A DNA stretch of 32,000 bases from Desulfocapsa sulfexigens DSM 10523 (GTDB lineage Bacteria > Desulfobacterota > Desulfobulbia > Desulfobulbales > Desulfocapsaceae): the NCBI RefSeq assembly GCF_000341395.1, contig NC_020304.1, positions 3,390,001 to 3,422,000 on the forward strand. The letters run 5' to 3'. Positions 22,252 through 31,968 of the stretch are shown one piece after another. Both the position numbers and the translations under genes were made by a program. Numbering within the stretch: the stretch's first letter is position 1; every line of letters begins with the position of its first letter. The notes beneath the pieces are model-generated. The model worked only from the letters and a program-made list of their open reading frames with translations, had not been told where the DNA came from and made no database searches.

Positions 22252-24657
22252 ATGAAAAAATATTCCATAATATTCTATATTTTCACTCTGTTAGGACCCC
22301 ATGTGGCAAATGCCGAGAGTGTCCTTAACAGAATCAATAAAATCAACACTAAGAATGCTGTTGAGTTGTACTGCTCATTCACTAGTATTCCAAGCTATCG
22401 ATCTAATATCAGGGAAAAAAGAGTCGATTTCATTTTGGAAGATACCACCCTGGACCCGAATCTCAAATTTTTCAAAGCTGACGACAGGATAGTCAAAATT
22501 CTGTCACTCAATAAAAATAATAAAACTGTTCTATCATTTTTTTTCAGATATCCACCGCAAAGTTTTGAAGTAACCCCGAATGAAAAAGACAACAAATTAA
22601 TAGTAAACATCCTGCTTGGAAACCCATATTCCACAGCCTTACCAAATTTTTCATCAAAACTTTCAGGACTGACTATCCTTGAAAGAACTACTAAAGATTT
22701 TTCCAATCCTCTTATTGCATCCCCCTATGCCGCGGACTGGCGAAGTTTCTTCAAACTCTACGAATCAAAAATACAGCTCAGCATGCCCGTGCAGTTTACC
22801 ATGCTGCCTTTTCCTGCAATCGCCTTTCTCCTGCCTGATAGAGAAGAAAACAATTCACTTCTGAGTGCGGAGATTCATGGGCTCGCAAAAGAAGAACTTT
22901 GGGATGATCTTCTCCCAATACTTCTCAAGAAGATTACCGTTGAGCAAGATCCTGAAATTAAGAAAAAACTAGCACTTACCTACGGAGAAGTACTCTCAAG
23001 AAACAATAATTTTGTTGATGCTTACAAACAGTTTTATCTTCTGGCCGATGAGTACGGAGATGAAGAGATAGGTGTTTTTGCCAAATATCTCCTCATACTG
23101 CTCCGAGCCAGATTTGAAGACCCGTTTATTGCAGATTTTGAACTGAGAAAACTCCAGGAATCCATGACTCCTGCCAATCCCTTGACACCCTATTTCAGAA
23201 TCACTCAGATCGAAACAGCACTGGCAACACAACAATACCCACGGATGCGTTCTCTACTCGAACTCGATGACATTGGATATCCTGGTGATACCGCCACCAT
23301 AAAAGAATTAAGACAGGCTGATTACTGGTATGGTGTAGGTGAATTAATCAAAGCCTATATAGGCTATCAACTTCTCGATAAAAACGAACTTTTACGGGAA
23401 AAAGTTTTTTCTCTCAACGGTTACTGTAACACCCTGTATCAGCAAAAACAATTTACTGATGCGGCCACCTGTTACACCACATTAAGTAGTCATATCAAAG
23501 ATAAAGAGAAACTTGGAATCACTACCTTCAGACAATACCTTTCTGAATTGCACTATAAACGTCCCAGTGAAATGATAGATTATTTTGCCCGCATAGAAGA
23601 CACGTATCAAGGTACAGTAGCAGGTTTTCTTGGTGCCATTAAAAAAACCGATTTACAATACCTGACCCTCGAAGAATGGGACGCAAATGCCGTTCTTCAT
23701 TACAAAAAATTTGCTGCCACGGCCCCAACACGCGAAGGCAGAGAAGAAGCAAGCTTCAAAGAGGCCCTCGTTTACAGACTGCTTAATGAGAATATAAAAA
23801 GCCTTAATCTCATCATGTCTTTTTTAAGAGACTTCAGAAAAGGTGATTTGCATCAATCCGGTCAGGCCCTACTTATTGAATTGTTTCCATTGGTCATTCA
23901 TGAATATGTTGAAAAAAAAATGTATATGGAAGCACTGGTTCTTGCAAAAAAAAATCGTAAACTTTTCATAAACAATTGGGTTGATATAGACCTTCTTGCA
24001 AATCTTGCAGATTCCTATAACTCAATTGGCATATATGACGAAGCGTCCAAGCTGTACCTCTACCTCATCACACTCTCATCGGAAGACAAAAAAGAGAACT
24101 ACTATCTGCCTATGATCAAGGCTGCTTATGACCATGGAGACTACAATATTGTTGAAGATTTTGCTGATCAATACAGTTTCCGCTATGCTGACGGAATATA
24201 TAAAAAAGATATCTTATTGCTCCGCATAAAAAGCTTGCTTGCAGAAGAACGTTTCGCCGATGCAGTTGCTTTACTCCCGGATCCAATACCCGTCACCGAA
24301 GATTTTTCCCTTCTTGCGGCTTCTCTGTATTTTTATGAAAATGATTACAGTAGGGTTGTTTCCATTCTGGACAGGGATTTGACAATCAGTAGCGATAAAC
24401 TTGGTAGAAGTTCATTCCTACTGGCTGAAAGCATGTATCAATTACAAGATTTCGTCAGGGCAGAGGCATTTTTTGCAAAAATTCCCGAGGAATCAAACCA
24501 TCATGATCAGGCACTCTACAGGCTTGGAGAACTTCTTAAGAAGGAAGGTAAAAAAAAGGAGGCTCTAAAATTATTTAGGGAACTTGTCGAAACAGGAAAG
24601 AATGAGCTGTGGGTTAAGATGGCTCAAAAAGAAATTGAATTAAAAGACATTCTTTAG
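22252..24657 (+). CDS. Secreted or periplasmic 801-aa TPR-repeat protein, first gene of the flagellar rod/MS-ring operon
   Basis: The Sec signal is MKKYSIIFYIFTLLGPHVANA|E. A beta-rich N-terminal region of about 100 aa follows. The rest is helical-repeat/TPR-like, for example FLLAESMYQLQDFVRAEAFFAKI and ALYRLGELLKKEGKKKEALKLFRELV. No terminator precedes flgB, which starts 42 nt downstream. Confidence 0.7.
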   Translation: MKKYSIIFYIFTLLGPHVANAESVLNRINKINTKNAVELYCSFTSIPSYRSNIREKRVDFILEDTTLDPNLKFFKADDRIVKILSLNKNNKTVLSFFFRYPPQSFEVTPNEKDNKLIVNILLGNPYSTALPNFSSKLSGLTILERTTKDFSNPLIASPYAADWRSFFKLYESKIQLSMPVQFTMLPFPAIAFLLPDREENNSLLSAEIHGLAKEELWDDLLPILLKKITVEQDPEIKKKLALTYGEVLSRNNNFVDAYKQFYLLADEYGDEEIGVFAKYLLILLRARFEDPFIADFELRKLQESMTPANPLTPYFRITQIETALATQQYPRMRSLLELDDIGYPGDTATIKELRQADYWYGVGELIKAYIGYQLLDKNELLREKVFSLNGYCNTLYQQKQFTDAATCYTTLSSHIKDKEKLGITTFRQYLSELHYKRPSEMIDYFARIEDTYQGTVAGFLGAIKKTDLQYLTLEEWDANAVLHYKKFAATAPTREGREEASFKEALVYRLLNENIKSLNLIMSFLRDFRKGDLHQSGQALLIELFPLVIHEYVEKKMYMEALVLAKKNRKLFINNWVDIDLLANLADSYNSIGIYDEASKLYLYLITLSSEDKKENYYLPMIKAAYDHGDYNIVEDFADQYSFRYADGIYKKDILLLRIKSLLAEERFADAVALLPDPIPVTEDFSLLAASLYFYENDYSRVVSILDRDLTISSDKLGRSSFLLAESMYQLQDFVRAEAFFAKIPEESNHHDQALYRLGELLKKEGKKKEALKLFRELVETGKNELWVKMAQKEIELKDIL

Positions 24658-24699
24658 AAAAAAGATCCAACCATTAACTAACAGAGACAACAAAAAACC

Positions 24700-25113
24700 A
24701 TGAACCCACTGGACCCTTTTGACTCCAACATACAACTACTGCAAAAAGTTCTTGATTTACGTTCTACAAACCAGAGAATAATTGCCACCAATATCGCAAA
24801 TGCAGAGACTCCTGGTTTTGCCCGTAAGGTATTTACATTTGAGGAACAATTGCAAAACGCCATAACTGCCAAACCTGGAACGCTGGCAACAACCCATAGT
24901 AAGCACATTTCAACTGCTCCGACGAGTGTCAGTTCAGTGACCGGTAGAGTTGATGAAGTTGAAGACAAAACAGGAATAGGTGACGAAAATGGCGTTAGTG
25001 TGGATATGGAAATGGTTGCTTTATCCGAAAATGAGCTCCTTTACGAAACAGCGGCACAGTTATTGAATAAGAAATTCACCTTACTTAAATACATGATCCA
25101 GGAAGGGAAATAG
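24700..25113 (+). CDS. flgB: Flagellar basal-body rod protein FlgB
   Basis: Motifs are LDLRSTNQRIIATNIANAETPGF and the C-terminal LLYETAAQLLNKKFTLLK. Confidence 0.9.
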   Translation: MNPLDPFDSNIQLLQKVLDLRSTNQRIIATNIANAETPGFARKVFTFEEQLQNAITAKPGTLATTHSKHISTAPTSVSSVTGRVDEVEDKTGIGDENGVSVDMEMVALSENELLYETAAQLLNKKFTLLKYMIQEGK

Positions 25114-25173
25114 TTTCTTGAGCCATTTAACCTACAATCTTGAATACAATAATTAATTCCAAAGAGGTACAAA

Positions 25174-25593
25174 ATGGATATATTTACAACATTTGATGTC
25201 AGCGCATCAGCTTTAAAGGCCCAGCGCACACGTCTCAATACTATCAGTTCAAATCTTGCAAATGTGGAAACAACATCCACCCCGGAAGGTGGCCCTTACA
25301 AAAAAAAATCGGTCTACTTCCAGACAAAACCCATCTCCTTTAAAGAGCAACTTGATTCGTCCATACAGGGGGTGGAAGTAACAAAAATCCTTGAAGATAC
25401 TGAAGAACCGAAGAAAATTTATGACCCCTCTCATCCGGACGCAGCAGAGGATGGGTATGTGGCCATGCCAAATATCAGTGTCCTTAAAGAAATGGTGGAT
25501 ATGATGTCCGCCACCCGCTCCTATGAGGCGAACACCACTGTTATTAAATCAGCAAAACGAATGGCCCTGAAGGCCCTTGAAATCGGGAGATAA
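25174..25593 (+). CDS. flgC: Flagellar basal-body rod protein FlgC
   Basis: Motifs are SASALKAQRTRLNTISSNLANVETT, HPDAAEDGYVAMPNI and MVDMMSATRSYEAN. AAGAGG serves as the RBS. Confidence 0.92.
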   Translation: MDIFTTFDVSASALKAQRTRLNTISSNLANVETTSTPEGGPYKKKSVYFQTKPISFKEQLDSSIQGVEVTKILEDTEEPKKIYDPSHPDAAEDGYVAMPNISVLKEMVDMMSATRSYEANTTVIKSAKRMALKALEIGR

Positions 25594-25599
25594 TAAAGC

Positions 25600-25899
25600 A
25601 TGAACTCTCTTATTGGTCCAATAGGCTCAAGCCCATTACCACTGCAACCGGCTGACAGCAATCCCGTAGCTATTGCAAAATCAGACTTCTCCAAGGTTAT
25701 CCAATCAACCATTGACCAGGCAGTTACAGCCGAACATATTGGAAATAGAGCCATCACAGAATTGCAGAGTGGCGATGCAAAGAATCTCCATGAAGTAATG
25801 ATCAGTGTTGAAAAAGCTGACATCTCACTTAAAATGCTTGTCCAGTTCAGAAACAAGGCCTTACAGGCCTACGAAGAGATAATGAGAATGCAGATTTAA
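25600..25899 (+). CDS. fliE: Flagellar hook-basal body complex protein FliE
   Basis: The product is 99 aa. The C-terminus is LHEVMISVEKADISLKMLVQFRNKALQAYEEIMRMQI. Confidence 0.85.
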   Translation: MNSLIGPIGSSPLPLQPADSNPVAIAKSDFSKVIQSTIDQAVTAEHIGNRAITELQSGDAKNLHEVMISVEKADISLKMLVQFRNKALQAYEEIMRMQI

Positions 25900-25961
25900 C
25901 AAATTATAAATACAACCGGTACAACTCACATTAAACCTTCCATGCAAAAAGGGAATTTTTC

Positions 25962-27605
25962 ATGGCCGATCCAGACAATACTCAGAACGAAACAGAAGAA
26001 AAAGAAATTCAGATCCCTGAGAGAAAAAAGCTATCTGTACTTATTAGAGAATGGCCGCTCTCAAGAAAGATTGCACTGCTGGCAGTCACTGGAATTTCCA
26101 TCGCAGTTTTTGCCCTGATCATCATACAAGCCAGAACTGCAGATTATCAGTTACTGTATGCAAATCTTGAAGAAAAAGATGCAGCACCCGTGGTTGCATG
26201 GCTAAAAGGTCAACGTATTGACTATCAGCTGAAAAACAACGGAAAAAACATCTGGATTGCTGCAAATAAAATTTACGAAACACGCCTTGAACTAGCATCC
26301 AGCGGTCTGCCCTCTGGAGGTGGTGTTGGTTTTGAAGTTTTTGACAAACAGTCCTTCGCCCTTACCGATTTTGTCCAGAGGGTTAATTATACCAGAGCAC
26401 TGCAGGGTGAACTTGCCAGAACCATCACTTCATTAAAACCTGTAGAGGCCACCCGTGTCCATCTCGCCCTCCCCGAAAAACGTTTATTTAAAAATCAGCA
26501 GAAAAATGCCACAGCCTCTGTCATCTTGACCCTTGTATCCGGCAGTATTTTAGAGAAAGACCAGGTTCAGGGGATTATCCACCTGGTCTCTGGATCCGTT
26601 GAAGGACTCACCCCTGAGGAAGTTACTGTTATAGATAGTTTTGGGAAGGTTTTGGAGGGTAATACAAAACCAGACGAAACCCAACGTTTCTCTGTTGAAA
26701 TGCTTGTTTACCAGCAGGAACTTGAACGAAGGATGGAGGCTAGAGCACAGGATTTACTGGATAAAACTATGGGGTATGGCCAGGCAATGGTCAGGGTCAC
26801 CGCCAGTCTTGATTTTGCAAAGGTTGAAAAGACTCAGGAACTTTTTGATGCCGATGATCCTGTCATTCGCAGCGAACAGCTGAGCAATGAAAGCAATGGC
26901 ACTACCGGAGCAGGAGGCATTCCAGGCGTTGAATCCAACCTCCAGGGAAACACTGCTTCCCAGGCTGGAGGGGCACCACCATCGAGCAAAACCAGCCGTA
27001 CCACCAATTACGAGATTAGTAAAACCGTAAGCAAAACGATTAATCCCACAGGAACCATAAAAAGCCTCTCCGTTTCTGTTCTGCTTGCAGATAAAACAAT
27101 TGCAGCTAAAGATGAGGAGAGCCAGCCCACAACAGAAACACGCACTCCGGAAGAACTCAAGGCTATAGAAACAATGGTTGCCAGTGCCCTTGGGCTTGAT
27201 TCAGGGCGTGGCGATAATATTAATGTTGCTTCTATGCCATTTATGGTAGAGACACAAGATCCGGCACTTACCGCAGGGATGCCCAAAAATCTCCTCTATG
27301 AATACCTCCCCCTGATTAAAATCGGTCTTCTTTCCATAGGAGTACTTATTTTCTATTTTCTACTTGTACGTCCGATTATAAAAACTATGAAGTCTGAAGC
27401 AATTGATCATAACCAGACAGTAACAGAACTTGAGAAGGCCGTTCAGGAAGTCAAGGCAGCAAAGGAGAAGGCAGCTCGTGATGCTGCTGCTGCGGAGGAA
27501 CCAGTTGAAGTTGTCCTTGACGCTGTTACTTCTCTGCGAAATACGGTTATGAGAAACCACGTACCCACCTCTTATATTATTAAAAACTGGATCAATGAAG
27601 GTTAA
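25962..27605 (+). CDS. fliF: Flagellar M-ring protein FliF
   Basis: An N-terminal TM segment is followed by YQLLYANLEEKDAAPVVAWLKGQRIDYQL...ETRLELASSGLP and RALQGELARTI. A second TM segment lies near the C-terminus. Confidence 0.93.
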   Translation: MADPDNTQNETEEKEIQIPERKKLSVLIREWPLSRKIALLAVTGISIAVFALIIIQARTADYQLLYANLEEKDAAPVVAWLKGQRIDYQLKNNGKNIWIAANKIYETRLELASSGLPSGGGVGFEVFDKQSFALTDFVQRVNYTRALQGELARTITSLKPVEATRVHLALPEKRLFKNQQKNATASVILTLVSGSILEKDQVQGIIHLVSGSVEGLTPEEVTVIDSFGKVLEGNTKPDETQRFSVEMLVYQQELERRMEARAQDLLDKTMGYGQAMVRVTASLDFAKVEKTQELFDADDPVIRSEQLSNESNGTTGAGGIPGVESNLQGNTASQAGGAPPSSKTSRTTNYEISKTVSKTINPTGTIKSLSVSVLLADKTIAAKDEESQPTTETRTPEELKAIETMVASALGLDSGRGDNINVASMPFMVETQDPALTAGMPKNLLYEYLPLIKIGLLSIGVLIFYFLLVRPIIKTMKSEAIDHNQTVTELEKAVQEVKAAKEKAARDAAAAEEPVEVVLDAVTSLRNTVMRNHVPTSYIIKNWINEG

Positions 27606-27608
27606 CTT

Positions 27609-28613
27609 ATGAGTTTCGAAACCCTCACAGGGCTTAACAAGGCTGCTGTTCTGTTAATGTGTCTTGGTGAAGAAGCCTCTGCAAAAATTTTTGAAGAGCT
27701 GAGTGACGAGGAGATTGGTCTTGTAACAAGAACCATAGCGACCATCGATCATATCCCGGAAGACGTCAAAGATAAAGTGTTTGCAAGTTTCACGGAAGCT
27801 GAACGAATATTTGCTGGACTGTTCGTTAAAGGAAATGAGTTTGCCAAAAAAGCTATTTCAGGACTCGAAAGAGGGACTCGAACCGATATGCTCCTGGAAC
27901 AGTTTATTTCCGGCACTGAAACACGCCCCCTCGAAACAATTTCTCGAATGCAGCCAACCATGGTTGCAGGTTTACTTGAAAAAGAGCATCCCCAAACTAT
28001 TTCACTGGTTCTCTCAACACAACACGTCGTTCACGCCAGTGAAATACTTTCTCACCTACCAGAAGAAATGCGGGCTGACGTTGTGTATCGTATTGCAATG
28101 ATAGGAAAAGTATCACCAGAAGTACTAACCAAAATAGAAGATGCTCTGCACCGTGAAATCGGCCAGGTGGGAACCAAACAGCAGAGTCAGGTTGGTGGTA
28201 TAGATAAGGTTGTTGATATCTTAAACAACCTCAAAGACAGTATGGATGCCGACATACTTGATGACATTGAAGAGAATGACCCGGATATGGTGGAAGAGAT
28301 CAGAAAACGCATGTTCACCTTCGAAAACCTTACCGCTCTCGATGGCCGTTCATTGCAGATGATTCTCCGCGAAGTCAACAACGACTCTCTTACCATGGCC
28401 CTGAAAACTGCCTCCGACGAAATGCAGGAGAAGGTTTTTGCCAACATGTCAGCCCGTGCTGCTGACATGATTCGTGATGACCTTGAGGCGATGGGACCTG
28501 TTCGTCTCTCTGAGGTTGAAGCCATGCAACAGTCCATTGTAAAAATTGCAATGAAACTCGAAGAAGAAGGAAAGCTTGTCCTCGGATCAGGAGGCGGTGA
28601 TGAGCTTGTCTAG
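27609..28613 (+). CDS. fliG: Flagellar motor switch protein FliG
   Basis: Motifs are LTGLNKAAVLLMCLGEEASAKIFEELSDEEI, the MFTFENL motif and the C-terminal torque helix region ARAADMIRDDLEAMGPVRLSEVEAMQQ. Confidence 0.93.
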   Translation: MSFETLTGLNKAAVLLMCLGEEASAKIFEELSDEEIGLVTRTIATIDHIPEDVKDKVFASFTEAERIFAGLFVKGNEFAKKAISGLERGTRTDMLLEQFISGTETRPLETISRMQPTMVAGLLEKEHPQTISLVLSTQHVVHASEILSHLPEEMRADVVYRIAMIGKVSPEVLTKIEDALHREIGQVGTKQQSQVGGIDKVVDILNNLKDSMDADILDDIEENDPDMVEEIRKRMFTFENLTALDGRSLQMILREVNNDSLTMALKTASDEMQEKVFANMSARAADMIRDDLEAMGPVRLSEVEAMQQSIVKIAMKLEEEGKLVLGSGGGDELV

Positions 28614-29469
28614 GTTTTATAAAACCAATGACTCCTTTCAGGCAACCAACATCTTTGATGGGTATGCAGGGAAGAGTACCGTACCGATATGGGAGTCTAT
28701 TGTAAAAAAAGAAACAGTTTCTGCAGATGATTCAGACCATACAGACAATGACATTTCAGATAGTGAAAAACTTGCTGAATCTGCTCCCAATGACACCCCC
28801 AATACGATCCATGCTGACGACAGTGAGACTCCGGTTACCGCAGATGATTCACCTTCGGTCCCTCCCCCGATCAGCGAACCGGTGCCTCCCAGCCCTTCCC
28901 CTGAACCAGCGGTTGATGTTGAAGAAATCCGCAAGAAAGCCTTTGCTGCTGGCCTTGAATCAGGCAGGAAACAGGCAGAGGAGGATTTTGAAAACAGTGC
29001 CAGGACACTTCTCTGTATCTGCAATGAACTTGATCGATTACGGGAAACAATCCTCAAAAACAGCTCAGGAGAGATGAAGAAACTGGTAATGGCCATCAGT
29101 GAAAAAATTATTCGCCACTCCGTTGCAGAACAAGAAGAAACCATCATTGCCACCATTAAAGATGCTATCAATCTTGCCGTAACATCGGATGCCTTCCAGG
29201 TTCAAATCAACCCTCAGGATCTTGCAGTAGTTGAGGCTCGAAAAAAGGAGATTATAGACTCGATAAGTGGGCTTGATAATATTGTGTTAAAAGCAGATGC
29301 AACTATTGAACGGGGCGGGTGTAAACTCGAATCAGACTGCTGTACCGTTGATGCCACGATGACCAGTCAGATCAAGGTAGTACACGACTCGGTAATGGCC
29401 GATACCAGTCTTACTGAACCTGCACTTTCTGATCAGCAGAATTCAAGCTCCTCTGGAAACACTGGTTAA
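28600..29469 (+). CDS. fliH: Flagellar export/assembly protein FliH
   Basis: I chose the start at 28600 (MSLSRF) because AGGAGG lies 5 nt upstream; the tracked start is 28576. The C-terminal FliH pattern is LVMAISEKIIRHSV...INPQDLAVV...ERGGCKLESDCCTVDAT. The position between fliG and fliI also fits. Confidence 0.8.
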   Translation: MSLSRFYKTNDSFQATNIFDGYAGKSTVPIWESIVKKETVSADDSDHTDNDISDSEKLAESAPNDTPNTIHADDSETPVTADDSPSVPPPISEPVPPSPSPEPAVDVEEIRKKAFAAGLESGRKQAEEDFENSARTLLCICNELDRLRETILKNSSGEMKKLVMAISEKIIRHSVAEQEETIIATIKDAINLAVTSDAFQVQINPQDLAVVEARKKEIIDSISGLDNIVLKADATIERGGCKLESDCCTVDATMTSQIKVVHDSVMADTSLTEPALSDQQNSSSSGNTG

Positions 29470-29477
29470 GGCCACGT

Positions 29478-30845
29478 ATGACACTTTTTTCAGGCTCCAT
29501 TAATGACATTCATCCCATTCGGATATGGGGGAAAGTCACCCGCATAGTAGGTCTTATAATTGAGGGACATTGCCCCCACGCCTCTATCGGTTCACTGTGT
29601 GAGCTCACCCCCCTAAACAATGGTGCCCCTATTCTTGCCGAGATCGTCGGTTTTAAAGACTCAAGGGCGCTCCTTATGCCATTAGGAGAACTCCGAGGCC
29701 TTGGTCCCGGGAGTAAAATACGGGTAATAAAGGAAAGTGCCACCATCAAAGTGGGTCAGAATCTCCTCGGTCGAGTCATTGACGCAATGGAGCAACCCAT
29801 TGATGGACAGCCGGCACCACTGCTCGAAGAAGAAAAACTTATTTATTCCCTGCCTCCAGGCCCCATGGAAAGAAAGAACATCAGTGAACCGCTGGATCTT
29901 GGCATCCGTGCTATCAATGGCCTTATCACCTGTGGTATGGGGCAGCGCATGGGAATTATGGCAGGATCGGGTGTGGGAAAAAGTGTACTCCTCGGTATGA
30001 TGGCAAGATATGCCCGTGCCGATATCAATGTTATAGCACTCATTGGGGAAAGGGGCAGAGAGGTACGTGAATTTATCGAAAGAGACCTTGGTAAAGAAGG
30101 TTTAGCGCGTTCCGTCATAGTTGTAGTAACTTCAGACCAGTCTCCCTTGCTTCGAATGCGAGGGGCCTTTGTAGCCACCTCCATCGCAGAATATTTCTGC
30201 AACAAAGGAAAAAACGTCCTTCTGATGATGGATTCGGTAACCCGTTTTGCCATGGCAATGCGTGAAATCGGCCTCGCTGTTGGAGAACCGCCTACCACCA
30301 AAGGCTACACCCCCTCAGTATTTGCGACCCTTCCAAAGCTTCTTGAACGAGCAGGACGCTTTACCGGAAAAGGATCGATCACCGGTCTCTATACAGTTCT
30401 TGTTGATGGTGACGATATGACCGAACCTGTAGCCGATTCAGTACGCTCTATTCTCGATGGCCACATCGTTCTTTCACGATCCCTTGCTGCCAAAAATCAT
30501 TACCCGGCCATTGATATCATGAACTCGGCCAGTAGAATCATGCGTGAAATCACCCATTCCCGTCATATAGAACTTGCTGGACGTGCCAGAAATGTACTGG
30601 CTACCTACAATGAAGCAGAAGACCTTATCAACATAGGTGCCTACGCCAAAGGTTCCAACCCGAAAATCGATTTTGCTGTAAGTAAGATAAACGCAATCAA
30701 TACCTTTCTCCGTCAGGGCTACGACGAGACAACCCCCCTAAAAGAGACCATTGAATCCTTGGGTCTGCTCCTGAGCGAGAGGAAAGGTGACACAGACGAA
30801 CGCCTGGACAGAAGAGAAAGTGATAAACAGAACACTTCACGATAA
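29478..30845 (+). CDS. fliI: Flagellum-specific type III export ATPase FliI
   Basis: Walker A is GSGVGKS and Walker B is VLLMMDSVTRFA. Further motifs are GEPPTTKGYTPSVF and HYPAIDI. Confidence 0.95.
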   Translation: MTLFSGSINDIHPIRIWGKVTRIVGLIIEGHCPHASIGSLCELTPLNNGAPILAEIVGFKDSRALLMPLGELRGLGPGSKIRVIKESATIKVGQNLLGRVIDAMEQPIDGQPAPLLEEEKLIYSLPPGPMERKNISEPLDLGIRAINGLITCGMGQRMGIMAGSGVGKSVLLGMMARYARADINVIALIGERGREVREFIERDLGKEGLARSVIVVVTSDQSPLLRMRGAFVATSIAEYFCNKGKNVLLMMDSVTRFAMAMREIGLAVGEPPTTKGYTPSVFATLPKLLERAGRFTGKGSITGLYTVLVDGDDMTEPVADSVRSILDGHIVLSRSLAAKNHYPAIDIMNSASRIMREITHSRHIELAGRARNVLATYNEAEDLINIGAYAKGSNPKIDFAVSKINAINTFLRQGYDETTPLKETIESLGLLLSERKGDTDERLDRRESDKQNTSR

Positions 30846-30863
30846 ACACCTAATCAAGTAGCC

Positions 30864-31310
30864 ATGCCTCCTAAACCTTTTACTCTTGACTCTGTTTTAA
30901 AATATAGAAAACGACAGGAGAGCATGGCACAGGAAAAATTTATCCAGGCAAAAGCTGATGCAGAAATGGCATTTCAGGCACTTGAAGAGGCAAAGAATGT
31001 ACTCGGCAACCTGATAAACACCCTCGAAGAAAAACAAATAAGTGGTATCCTGGCCATGGAGCTTGCCAGATTTGAAGAACGCATACAGTATGCTCGAGAT
31101 CAGATAGACGTGCTCAAAGTCAGCTATCAAAAAAAAAAGAAAATCGTAAAAGACAAAAGACTTTTATTGCTTGAGAAATCCCGAAATTACAAAGTGCTGG
31201 ACACGTTAAAAGAACAACAAAACAGAACATGGAAAAACTATCTAGACAAGAAAGAGGCAGCCATGCTCGATGAAATTGCTATCCTTCGCCATGATCGAAA
31301 AACAAGCTAA
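30864..31310 (+). CDS. fliJ: Flagellar export chaperone-like protein FliJ
   Basis: The product is 148 aa and coiled-coil. The N-terminus is FTLDSVLKYRKRQE, and the gene sits immediately after fliI. Confidence 0.7.
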   Translation: MPPKPFTLDSVLKYRKRQESMAQEKFIQAKADAEMAFQALEEAKNVLGNLINTLEEKQISGILAMELARFEERIQYARDQIDVLKVSYQKKKKIVKDKRLLLLEKSRNYKVLDTLKEQQNRTWKNYLDKKEAAMLDEIAILRHDRKTS

Positions 31311-31356
31311 ATCTTTTTTACCTCCACATCCTCCCTTTCTTCTACAAAGGATAACA

Positions 31357-31941
31357 ATGTTCACAAAAACTAACACATACCTCCTTGTCAGCCTTCTTCT
31401 CTCCCTCTCCGCTTCCTCATCCGTTTGCCTTGCAGCAGATCCAGAGCCTCCCCCTGCAGTAACTACCAAAGACGTCGATAAAGCAATGCCGGTAACAGAG
31501 AAAATAAAGACAGACTTTCAATCGGTTGAAGAAAGAAGGTTATATGCCATACTTCAAAATGAACGGGATAATCTCGAAGAAGAGAAAAAAGTTCTGGTAT
31601 TTAAGGAGAAGGAACTAAAGACTCTTCAAATAGAGGCCGATAAGAAGCTTAAGCTCCTTGATGAAAAGCTTGCCGAACTCAGAGCACTACAAGGCAAGAT
31701 AGAAGAATTACTAAAAGAAAAAGACATCCAGGAACAACAGAAAACCAAGGATCTCAGTCTGATATACGCAAAAATGACCCCTGATCGTGCTGCACTTGCC
31801 ATGGCCACACTAGATGAACAGCTTGCAGCAGACCTCCTTGCTAACATGAAGGTTAAATCAGCGGCAAAAATACTTGATCGAATGGATAAGGCAAAAGCCT
31901 CACAACTCAGTGAAACGTTTACGACCATTAAGGTGGAGTGA
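31357..31941 (+). CDS. Secreted coiled-coil protein with an MgtE_N-like C-terminus (YlxF/MotE/FlbB-type flagellar operon protein)
   Basis: The signal peptide MFTKTNTYLLVSLLLSLSASSSVCLAA begins at an internal ATG at 31357; the tracked start at 31270 overlaps fliJ. A central charged coiled coil is present. The C-terminus MTPDRAALAMATLDEQLAADLLANMKVKSAAKILDRMD resembles the MgtE N-domain repeat. The position matches ylxF in the Bacillus fla/che operon. Confidence 0.5.
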   Translation: MFTKTNTYLLVSLLLSLSASSSVCLAADPEPPPAVTTKDVDKAMPVTEKIKTDFQSVEERRLYAILQNERDNLEEEKKVLVFKEKELKTLQIEADKKLKLLDEKLAELRALQGKIEELLKEKDIQEQQKTKDLSLIYAKMTPDRAALAMATLDEQLAADLLANMKVKSAAKILDRMDKAKASQLSETFTTIKVE

Positions 31942-31968
31942 AAAAGAATGGAAACAGCCCTTCTTACC

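Noticed and set aside
28638-29171. A 177-aa minus-strand ORF in fliH, a 152-aa minus ORF in fliI (29843-30301) and a 116-aa minus ORF in fliG (28187-28537)
   Set aside because: All are antisense to conserved flagellar genes within a tightly packed plus-strand operon. Their Ser/Ala-rich shadow composition gives no independent support.
31270-31356. The tracked start of the ylxF-like ORF, which overlaps the fliJ 3' end by 41 nt
   Set aside because: The segment encodes non-descript sequence. The ATG at 31357 starts a classic signal peptide, so the shorter model is preferred.
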